A stretch of 64,000 nt of DNA from Phoronis australis (lineage: Eukaryota > Animalia > Phoronida), in NCBI GenBank assembly GCA_002633005.1, contig NMRA01000261.1, positions 310,001 to 374,000 on the forward strand, read 5' to 3'. The translations under genes were made by a program, and so were the position numbers. The notes below the pieces were generated by a model. That model did not search any database, was not told the DNA's origin, and worked only from the letters and a program-made list of their open reading frames with translations. This document shows, piece by piece, positions 1-10,548 of this stretch (the stretch's first letter is position 1; each line of letters starts with the position of its first letter).

Positions 1-384
1 GGGGCATCTGGGATAGCGTGGTGGGATTTTCAATGGCGTCTCGTGTTATTGTAAACAACAACTAATACGGCTTTGCAGCCAAAGATGTGTGGGTTGGGAG
101 TCGACGGGACGAGCTAAAAGGACGCAGACGCATGCTACTGATGGTGGTAACGTTTTTTTTTTAGTCTTCCCGATTTTTGTCGGGGAAAGGTTCACATCGA
201 ATATTTCAAGGCTGAGTAGCGCTCATGATTTGGGCCGTATAAGTTTCCGCGTTTTTTGTCATTGGTCATTCCAAGCCCTGATTTGTTCATCTTGAAATTG
301 AATTTTAATTGCATTAACTGTATTTGATTATTTTGTGCTCTATTTTGTATGAGTGTGGTTGACACAACTCTCATTTATTTGTAG

Positions 385-535
385 GCTGTGACAATAAGCT
401 GTGCCTATGGCATGATTATAGCAAGATCTCGTACGGTGGGTCAGCATGCCATAGTCACAGCGTTGCTTGACCACTCGTACTCCAATGAATCGTATGTGAC
501 CTTGGCCTGCCTGTCTATAGCCAGGATGGTCGTAG
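385..535 (+). CDS. SGPP-like coding exon (AVTISCAYGMIIARSRT...LSIARMVV-G)
   Basis: tttatttgtag acceptor, 151 nt open, TAG|gtatgt donor. Confidence 0.7.
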
Positions 536-3032
536 GTATGTCGTTTTTTTCTCTCATATAGTCAGCTAATCACTGATTGGCTAATGGATATTTACAGTAC
601 TGTCTAACTTTTTTACTGGGTACCCTGACTGTTTAAAAGGTTAACAGCAGAATTATTCTTCTTTCATAACTCTCCTATTCTAGCAAAAAAAATAATATGA
701 CATATTAATTATGAAATCGAGCGACCTGTGTGAACTCTGTTTCTTGTTGGACGTGACAGAAGTCTGACCAGATTTTGCCTAATGACCCGTTTTTATGCAT
801 CCCCATATGGTAAATAGTTGTGTATTACAGAGACTGTGCCACCTTCTCAATTTGGATGGGTTTGATGCATTCTACGCCATTTGATGGCCATTTATATGAT
901 ACTATAAAATACATAGAAGCACACCGTTTGCGGTACAGTCGTGGGCGCATTTCAAAACTCTGCATTTGTCAATGTGATGTGTCATACATAATAATAGTTA
1001 CTAAGTGTTACCTGATGGACGTAAATGAACTTTGTGTTCTAGGTGTACGTACGCATCATCTAGGTTCTGTGTGCACAAACCAAGTTCTATGTTCTAGGTG
1101 TACCAATCATCTTAGTTCTGCGTGCACTCACCAAGTCAGTCATGAAAAAGACCATGATGTTCCTGTGTCAGCTCGCCAACATTGAAGCTCGCAGCAACAC
1201 TGACTACCTAAAGAAGACTGTACCGTTATATAAGCACTACAATAGCAATTTTCGTATTCCACCTATTCAGGTAAGTATTGCTTGTCTGTGCTACATCGGC
1301 TAGTCAGCTGTGCTCTGTAAACTGTGACTGTGGCATCTGTCTATATTTTTTTTTATTACATACTTAGCTAAATTTGACCAGGGTTGGCTAAGCTTAAAAC
1401 TGCATGTCGCCCTGTTTAGCTGGCTGTAAAATTAAAAATTGAATTAAGCCTTTGACTCTCATAAAATTGGGCTCATAATATTCCTTATGGTGATCGGGTT
1501 CTGTTTCTGTCCCCTTTTCAAGTCTCGGCCTATGCGACATGCCATTTGTGAATTATCAGATTGAGGGTTGTACAACCCCAATAAACACTGATAGCGATTT
1601 GTTCATTTGTTCATACTTTTGATGGTCTTGTTGGTAAATGGAAATGGAATTGTACCACGGTGGGGAATATTGCTAGAGTGAGAGTATAAGGCTAGCTACT
1701 GTGGAGGCAAAATGTTGGCTTAATAAAACGTCTACTTATTTTACATTTTTCCTTTAACTTATATTTCCTGGCTCCCTTACTAATCATTGGTTGGTTACTA
1801 CGGTACTGATATGTAAGGTAAATCAGGCTTTTCAGAATTTTGAATAAACTTGCCAGACCGTCCCCCTTTCGACATTGAACCGACTGGTAAAACATAATGC
1901 GGGGTTTCCATAATAAACATAATCTTTGTTTTGTTTGATTTTCTTTGGCAGTACACTCAAGTTTTCTAAAAATAAAATGTCTGCCATGTTGCTAGTGAGC
2001 TTGTGTAAGCTCAGTTTCGAATCTTGAACAAAACAAACAAGTCATTAGAAGTTTAAACCACACTTAAACCTTGTTTAAATTAAATAATTGGCTTTAGCAC
2101 CTGCTGTATGGCAATATGAATGAACAGCGGTCTTCTACATTCACCCCTCAGCCGTCAGCATTCTTTAGTTATGCTACATGTCGACCAAGGCCTTAACCGT
2201 TTTAAAGAAGTTAAAGTGAACTCGCCACTGGTAATTAACATATTGTCAGACAGTGTTTGTGTGTGCTCAGGTTAAGCAGACCAACTGACAAGGTTGTTCA
2301 GGACTTTGAATTTTCCACTTTTAAGAGGATTTCCTTTCTTTTAGTTTTGATTTCCTCTTATTGGATTTCCAATTTCCTGTTTTCTTATCTTTTTTATCGT
2401 TATTTTGACTTTATTTATGTAAAAAAAACCTCACAGTTAAATTTTACAACTCACATAACAGTATTTATTTGTAGAACAAAACCTCTCCTCGAAAATTTTC
2501 CTCTTTTTATCATGGGTCATTCCAAGCCCTGGTTGTTTTTGATATGATATTTGTGGTTTTGGGAACTTAAAAAGGTTGAAAAGACAGAAGTTTTGGAATG
2601 AGTGGAACTCTCGTCTTTTGTCTGAGCCCAGACTGAAGTAATGCTATTTTTACAGAAACAGTAGCATTTGCCCAAAATGATTAGAAAGATTCCCGAAGGA
2701 CTTTGAGGGCTCTGTTTTTTATGAATTGAAACGTGGGAGAGTGGTTGCTAGTTTTACCTTTAAGTCCACTGTAAGGTAGGTAACTTTCTTCACTGCTATT
2801 GTTACAGGCCCAGCCAGCAGGCAAGACTGAGGGCAAGGTCAGACTGGGGTCAAGTGAAGCAGAAGAGGATGTACAAGAGGAAGATGTATCTGTAGCCACA
2901 GTCAAGGAGCACGCTAGGCTGCCGTTTGATGTGGACATTCCCACTAAAGTAGTCACTTATACCATGATGTGCTGGGCAGCGGGCGAGTGGTGTTACTATA
3001 TATTTCATCTGTTGGGCCTCACTCTCTTGTAA
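385..3032 (+). CDS. Sphingosine-1-phosphate phosphatase-like (PAP2/SGPP family) gene, last three coding exons; 5' part lies upstream of the window
   Basis: Exons 385-535, 1098-1270 and 2808-3032 have AG/GT boundaries and compatible phases (0-1, 1-0, 0-stop). Spliced peptide: AVTISCAYGMIIARSR...LACLSIARMVVGVPIILVLRALTKSVMKKTMMFLC...FDVDIPTKVVTYTMMCWAAGEWCYYIFHLLGLTLL*. This resembles the C-terminal TM region of SGPP1/2 (R..G.....R...K; EVEIPYKFVTY...LGL). The catalytic PAP2 motifs are not in the window. Confidence 0.65.
1098..1270 (+). CDS. SGPP-like coding exon (GVPIILVLRALTKSVMKK...FRIPPIQ)
   Basis: tgttctag acceptor, 173 nt open in phase 1-0, perfect CAG|gtaagt donor. Confidence 0.7.
2299..2531. 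mobile_element. MITE, non-autonomous DNA transposon (CAG termini, 6-bp TSD, hAT-like)
   Basis: TIRs caggactttgaat / attccaagccctg. Direct repeat GTTGTT at 2293-2298 and 2532-2537. Related inverted copies at ~26078-26319 and ~39464-39704, and a related terminus ends at 280. Confidence 0.8.
2808..3032 (+). CDS. SGPP-like terminal coding exon (AQPAGK...FDVDIPTKVVTY...LLGLTLL*)
   Basis: Pyrimidine-rich acceptor ending ttacag, 75 codons to TAA; matches ORF 2799..3032. Confidence 0.75.
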   Translation, partial: AQPAGKTEGKVRLGSSEAEEDVQEEDVSVATVKEHARLPFDVDIPTKVVTYTMMCWAAGEWCYYIFHLLGLTLL

Positions 3033-6000
3033 CTACGTAGTTTTCTCCTGAAATTCATGTTGTGCATAATAAGTTAGTATAATCTTGTTATAGTCACACT
3101 TACTCTCACCGCTGTTTATTTAACTCCCATTTAATCCTAAATCTCTATTACACAGTTCTTGTAAGTTACTGTTTAGTAGTGCCTGGCATGCTGCGAGATT
3201 CATTTGTTGCCATGACATTTATCTGCCACCATAGTCCATCTGGTTGTGGTGCATCTGTTACTTGATACAGTCCGTATACAGTAGTTGGCCATTATCTGGT
3301 GGACAGAACATGGGAAGCCAGTCAATTGGCACCTAATATTTTCATAGAATGTTGGCAAGTTCAGCTAAGTTGGCCATTTTTGTGTATCAGCTAGTTTGTT
3401 GAACTATGTGGCAATGCACTGAAAATTTTCTACCCAAAAATCACTGAATTAAGATTTGTTGGGAGTTTCCAGCAATGTGTTTATTGTGTCAGTTGTCCAC
3501 CAGGTGGCTCTTGGATAGGTTATTCGTATGGTATTAATGCTGATTAACTCACCTAGTAGTTTTCTGTATTTTAATGCTGATAGAATTTGTGAGTGAAGGC
3601 ATTCTATTGTGTTTGCCTGATATTTGAACTTATCATGATCAGACGCACACAGATCATACCTGTCAAGAGCGTCGTATGCACAAAATTTGAAATGCAAATG
3701 AATTATTCCGGAGTTCTCTGTTGGTATTTTCACATCCCTGACCAATGTCAGCACAAACTACGATTATGTATCGCAAGATGATCAGAGAAGAGATTTGTAA
3801 TTTAACTAAGTCCGAGAGGCCATCCTGGAAACCTTGCTAATGGTTTTGCTGCTGGTGACATAAATTACTTACTTGTCTCACATCTGATAACGAACAGGAA
3901 ATGTGTTTATACCAAAACACCAGAGAGTTTGTCAGCATTAGAAAATACCACGAGCTGTGAGTGGTTCTGCTAGGAAGGGCATGCAAAAACTTTCTTAGAA
4001 CCAGTATAGGCATGAAAGTGCATCGAGTGGTGACTCCACTCAGCAGTGGATGACTGACTGACCTGGCATCCTGATCAGCATAATCTATAGTTACCATCGT
4101 CGTGGAGCAAAATCCTTGTTCTCAAACTTTGAAATGTGCTCAAAACCTGTGATAGTTTAAGTTAAACTCTTTGTACTATAATTAAATAAAACATCTAGTT
4201 TTTTAGTTATCCTTAGATATACCCTGATTTAAAGATAATTTAAAATGTATCGGCGATTGTTTTGGGCCAAAAGTTCACGAGAAATACCAACTAATGCCAA
4301 ACTACTTTGGAAAATGTAATGTCCAGTCTAATGTAATGTTCAGTCTAAGGATGACGTGATAATGCATGCCTGTACTCTACCGGTGTCAGAGGACGAAATA
4401 GCACAGTCTTGTTTTAAGGGTTGTCATGTTGCATGTTTGAAACAAATATGACCCTTAGTGAGTATTCAATACGGCAAGTTACTGACTAGCGCATTGTTTA
4501 TATGAAGCTCACCTGCTAACCTTAATATTGGATGTTATACGTTGGCAAGATTGTCACATGCATGACGGAAATAACAGCATGCAGGTTTTGCCTGTGAAGG
4601 TGTCCTTGGTTAGTTCTGTCACTAGCTAGACATGCATGGCCATGTGATTAATTAAGTATTCAGTCATCTCATCTCCCTGATCAGGGTAATTAGCTGTAGC
4701 TGAAACATTAGACTTATTACCAGATTAAGGTTTCTCTGGGTTTAAGGAATAAGACGTCAGGTCTTCCTGGTTGCCATTATTTTCAAGCAAACTACCCAAT
4801 GTTGTTACAATTTTCATCTCATGGTTGTCAGAATTTTCGATGTCGCTTGAATTTTAGCCCATCAATTTTACAGGTTGCACCCCCTGTGCCAGGGTTTGTG
4901 TGGTGCCTTAAGCTGTAGTTTAATAGGTAGTCTGGCATCGGTCGGGTACATGTTCTTCATCAACGCTATGATCTTAGTGATCGCGTTATTTCTTGTCAAA
5001 TTGATGCATAAACATTGTTAGTTTTTAAACGTACTATTAGAAAGCCTCGATATTTAGATAAGAGTGAGGTTATTGAGGTTTACAGGTTCTTTGCTGTTCA
5101 GATGGAAAAGCGTGTTTCACTGCAACTAGGTGCTGGTGTCATCAGGCAAGAGATTTAATGGGACGTCGTGACGTGATACACATTGACACTCATCTTGCAC
5201 AGTTCTTGTAGCTACCAACAGGTGGTGCATAGTGGATTCCACCTTCATGTTCATCCTAATCTGTTGTAGTTTTGTTATCGTTCGTCTGTAGACCATTTTT
5301 GATTTGTTAACTGTTGTTTTTTGTTCATGTTTATGCATCTTAGGTAAAGTAATGTTTTATTTTAATGTAAATAACATTGATTTTTAAAACAATGCAAGTG
5401 GTTAAACAACTATTCAAACAGTGAAAAGTGTGATTGTAACGTGTGCATGTTTTAAGGGACAGTTCACATGTGATGTCATCACTCAAAGGGGTAGGTGGTT
5501 TGGTAGGACCATTTATGACGAGGCAGGAAGGTGACGTCATCACGTGGTTTATTAGCTCCATCGCAGTTCATTTCATTGGGAAACTTGTTCACCTTCTAGC
5601 AGCATTGACTAATCCCAAAACACCTCCAAGATTTGATGATTTGATCGTATTTCACGAGGCATTTACACAAACGACAGACCCATTCCACCACTGCCTAAAC
5701 AGGGGGGTTGCTGCGATGATGTAATTAGAGACTGGACAGGGGGAGGGGCTTGTATCGTGGTGATGGGTGATGACTGAGGGAGGGTGTAAAATACGGCAAA
5801 ATTTGCATGTTGTAACATGTGAACACTCCCTTGAAGTCCTATTGTCACACTTAAATGTGTAGATTTGGAGTACTTTTGATTATGACCAATTAAAGATAAA
5901 ACTGATGTCAAGGTGTTCCTTACTCAGATTGGACGTGATTCAGAGCTTGAAAATAACTGACAGTTTATCATTGTTTTAGATCAGGTTCAATAAATTGGCT

Positions 6001-7184
6001 TATGCACCGAGCCTGGCCTCAAATAATAACAAATTCAGTTATTCCAAACCAAGAAACCCCTTCTGATCTAAGTAAAGAACGAGACAAAGTAGACACGTTT
6101 TAGAGCCGATCCGTATACAGCTGCTTTAAAGCCTTCCTTGAACAGACTTTTGTTAATTTTATAGGTATTGGGTGATTCAGATAGTCCCAGCAATACTTGA
6201 GTAATTGAAAAAATGCGATTTAATCACTCATCGATGCTCGTGATATACAAAACAGCCTTTTCCATGCTGTAGTGTGTCACAGTGAGAACACAGAATGATA
6301 GCAGTTGCACACTGTACAGAATAAGGGTCTGAATTGGAACACCATTTAAGGATTCACGTGATGGCATAGACAAAGTAAGTCATAAGCCATTTGGCAATTT
6401 TACGACATTGGTATGCTCAAAGTGATGTTGGAAAGACTAGATATTGAATCGAGATGTTACTGTTCAAGGCAGGTTTTAAGGAGGACGTTGATAAAGCCTG
6501 TTGTGAAAAGAAACTTGTCTGAGACAACTAATTAAAGGTAAAACAGGTAGATAAAGACAATAAAACTGGCGTAAGTTGGATCCAACTAGATCAAAGCATT
6601 TTGTCCAAGTAAGGTAAAATTCATTGTGAAGGGTCATAGCAATGAACTAGGACAAAACTTCTATGAATAATGTCCGACTTATGCTAGATTTATTAAAAAA
6701 GGCGTTAGTCAATATAAAATACTGTACTTGTACAATATTGGTAGGGCACTGGCAAAATGACTAGTCATAGCAGAAGTCATACAAAACCTGGCACGCAAAC
6801 GACACTTATTGGTCACAGACTGACCCCACATGACCAAAAATGAAAGAAAAATGGCATAACAAAACTGTGCTGCTTTGTGAGTAAACGCTGTTCAGTGAGT
6901 TGTTGGTGTGCAGCAGGAAGTGGATTCCTAACAAAAAAAGACTTGCCTGTTCCTGGGGGATACTCCCATGACACAGGAAAGTTCGTCACCGTCAAGTTTG
7001 GCTCTTATACTGATGCCCCTATTTGAGGCAGTGTATTTTTCAGTAACCATTGATGACTAATAATGCCAGTCTGTTGTCAGCTCTGACCAAAATGTTTGCT
7101 TTGAACACAGCATTTCGTCCTTTTTGATCATTTATCTTGCCTTTCTTTTACATGTTGGTAGTGGTAAACATTTTAATTACATGA

Positions 7185-7190
7185 AATAAA
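7185..7190 (+). terminator. Candidate distal poly(A) signal of the SGPP-like gene
   Basis: AATAAA at the point where T-rich + strand sequence switches to A-rich; other AATAAA at 4185 and 5989. Confidence 0.35.
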
Positions 7191-7218
7191 CTGATCAAGG
7201 CCGAACAACATTTTACTG

Positions 7219-7224
7219 TTTATT
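7219..7224 (-). terminator. Candidate poly(A) signal of the nuclear receptor gene
   Basis: TTTATT on + (AATAAA on -) at the end of the A-rich tract running down from the stop at 9821; alternatives at ~8502 and 9193. Confidence 0.35.
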
Positions 7225-9380
7225 TCATTATTATTACGTGTCGGCAAATCTTAATGTCCAGATGCCTTTTAAGGCATCGGAAGCCTTTCAATGGCATATT
7301 TCAAACAGAGGTCAGTACAGTAACATGCCGCAGACAAAATTACTAACAATAGATCATTTGATTTAAAACAATAACAAACACGAAGAAATATGGAAAAAGA
7401 CATCTTAAATCTCCAGAGGTATTTCTTGGAATGTTAGACATGAGTTTCACCTCACAGGATGATCTTACTTGTATAAAACATTAACACAACACTATCATCA
7501 CAAAAGTGGCTTTTTTACTTCCTACTGTTTGGTGAAACAATCGTCATTCAATAATACAAAATGTACTCAAAACATCTTGATGTACATAACAAACGATGTT
7601 CCTTTGTGATATTACAAGAGAATGGCAATACGCAACAATGCCGTCACAGTTCTTGGTTACCATGAACTTTTAACAGAAAATTATCTCTACACAGTCTGCA
7701 ACTTCAATAAACTCAACAACACTACAGATAACAAATGAACATTCCATGTACTTTCTCTACATCGTGAGTAACAGTACACGAAATCTTTTTGTCAATAAAT
7801 TACTTATTGATCCATACATATTGACCATTCGCTTAACAAAAAAGCAGTTGCTTGGGGTACAAGGCCCATGTACTACCCATGAAAAAATCCATAATACTCT
7901 CAAACGGTACAACTGAACGCTTGAATAAAACGACAAATTATTCCAATTGCAATACGTTTCCGAGCAATTCACTGTTCTTGACATTCGTGCTAAAACACGT
8001 GACAGGAACACTTTGTTTTTATTGGTCAAGCTTTGCAGAAGCTAGTCTCCAGGATGTTGCCAGTTACCAGTTGGCAGAGATATCACAGTAAGAGATGCAT
8101 TTTCTTCTGCAAAGAAATGAAAATTGAGACCCAAGATCACCCATCCACTCAAGACTGGACGAAAATTGATCAGAGTTTATATGTGAGCATGCAAAAGGCT
8201 GACCATAGACATGCAGATCCACCAAATGCTTGTTAATTCTTAATTCATTTGAAAATGCTACCCTGAATACAACAGCTGAAAGTGATGCTTGGAAAACAAT
8301 TCTCACAGAAAACATCTACTTAACACAGATTAAACAATGAAGGTAAAATATATGGTAAAAACTAAACAGCACCAAATTCAGGCTTTCTCATGTTCAACAA
8401 TACACAGGCAACACATACATAATACACAGGCAACATATACATAATACACTAAAATCTCACAAATTTATAAGACACAGTATGTTAAACAATTCAACCTTTT
8501 CCTTTATTCATAAAAAAGTAACGACCAATGTAATATTCACTGTTTACAAGTTCTACATCGTGGTTCCCACCAGGCAATATTTTGAAAAAATGTGACCATT
8601 TCCAATAACGTTAAAAGATTTTGAAAAATGAAAAAGGTCAATTCTGGAGACTGCTTTTCTCCTAAATTGGTGACAATTCAACAAATTGAAAATAATAATG
8701 GAGCTAAAGAGGTGGAATGCTTGAATAATTAGACATATTGGTAAATTTAACCCAGCTCCAGCTTAGTAACAAATCAAACAGATCAACTCAAATACACATC
8801 CCACAATATATAAACAAAACAATAAAACTTCAAAATAATTTTTAGAGTTGAGACCGCCCCGTTCCCAGTGTTAGACAGGCACTAAAACAGTAGCAATAGT
8901 TGATGTGGTAGGGGTATTTTAGAATTCTTATACTGAATTACTGAATAAAAACCTATGCGCAGATTTCCAACAGTGAACAGGATAACATATAGACATAACG
9001 CAAATAATTTGAAAGAAAGAAAAAAATGAAGTAATACAGCACGAAAGAGAAACAACAAGAATAACACGACCTTATTGATAGCAACATTATTCTGGTCTTC
9101 AACTGATTTAATTTGTTATGAAGAATAATTTGAGGAGTACCAAATCCATAGATTATCAGAACAATAATAGCAGAGCACATCTTCAACAAAACTTTATTAT
9201 GAAAATAGCTTCAGTTCAGCCATGTTCAGCACGACACTATTAGAAACAAATGCAACAGAAATAGACATCATTATGCACTCTAACAATCACTGGTCACAAT
9301 TCAACAACCTGAGTATATTAGAGTTAGACTGGTAAGATTGGTCAGCTATTGGATTTGGAAACCAATACCAAAACCAAATG

Positions 9381-9635
9381 CATGCGCGCACCCAGGGGGG
9401 CTCGGGGGGCTTGAACGAGCCCCCCCCATTTGGCAAAGTGGGCAAAAAAGGTCCGCCCCTGAGAGACAAAAAGTCTGAGAAAATGGGACAAAAGTCCACT
9501 AAATAAGAGCAAATGCGCACTTCACAGCAGTGGTTCCTCCCGTTTTTTTTTTTAGTCAGCCCGCTGTTTTGTTAGCAAAAGGTCCACGATGTCAAGAATT
9601 CGTGCCCCCCATACTGAAGGCTGGGTGCGCGCATG
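9381..9635. mobile_element. MITE with 15-bp perfect TIRs and 5-bp TSD
   Basis: CATGCGCGCACCCAG ... CTGGGTGCGCGCATG flanked by AAATG on both sides (9376-9380, 9636-9640). Confidence 0.9.
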
Positions 9636-9820
9636 AAATGTAATGATGAAACAACTACGAGTTCTTAATGCATAACACTAGCAAAAACTAGAACAAGTTC
9701 ATCAAAGTCCAGATTACTAAACCCAACCCTGGTCACACTATATCACTGCTGTGACTAATCAAAATTTAAAAATTTAAAATAAATGTTCAAGAACAGGTCT
9801 TGGGCAATAAAACAGATCAC

Positions 9821-10548
9821 CTAGGCAATTCCGAAAACTTCTATTAACAACGGATTCATGACCCCAACCTCTAGAATTCGACCAGCTATTCGGTCACCCA
9901 CACTGCGTAGAGTGCAAAGAGCATTTATCAACTTTGGAAACAATCTCTGGTCTGGATATAAAAAATTCACCACCTTTTCCAACAGAGATGCAAAGTATTG
10001 CTGGGCTTTGTCAACTTTTTCACAATCTGAGAGGTTAGGGCGATCAGAACTAAAGAGACAGACGAGCCTCAGGAGACAAACGATGTGTTTGTCACCGCAC
10101 GTTATCTTGGACATCTCGGAGATTAAGCTGTGGTAACCATCACTTTCCAACTGGTTGCAAAGGTGTTCTCCTGACTTTAATTCTTTCCCGTTATTGACCC
10201 ATTGTTTATTATCTGGATCATAGGAAAACACTGACCCTATAATCAGTAGCTCCAGCATGCTACCTTTAAGTAGTGCTACCTGGTCCTCCTTCGTTAATTC
10301 CTTGAACTCTTTAATAGACTTGGCAAACGTTATTAAGACACGCACACCATAATCTGCCAAATTCACAACCTCCTTGAATTCATATGTTCCTTCTATTTCC
10401 CAATCCTTCCCAGGTGAGCTAGTTATTACTAACAGAGATTCCAGAAGTGATACTTCAGAGGCATCAAGCACATCTTCTACCCTGCGGCCACCTAGGTTGG
10501 TACCACAACCGTCCACTGGCAAACTTGGATGTAATTGCTGGTCTTCAC
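9821..10548 (-). CDS. Nuclear receptor terminal exon: hinge plus complete ligand-binding domain
   Basis: cttttgctttag acceptor; 728 nt open to TAG; LBD signature FAKxxxxFxxLxxEDQxxLLK. Confidence 0.92.
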
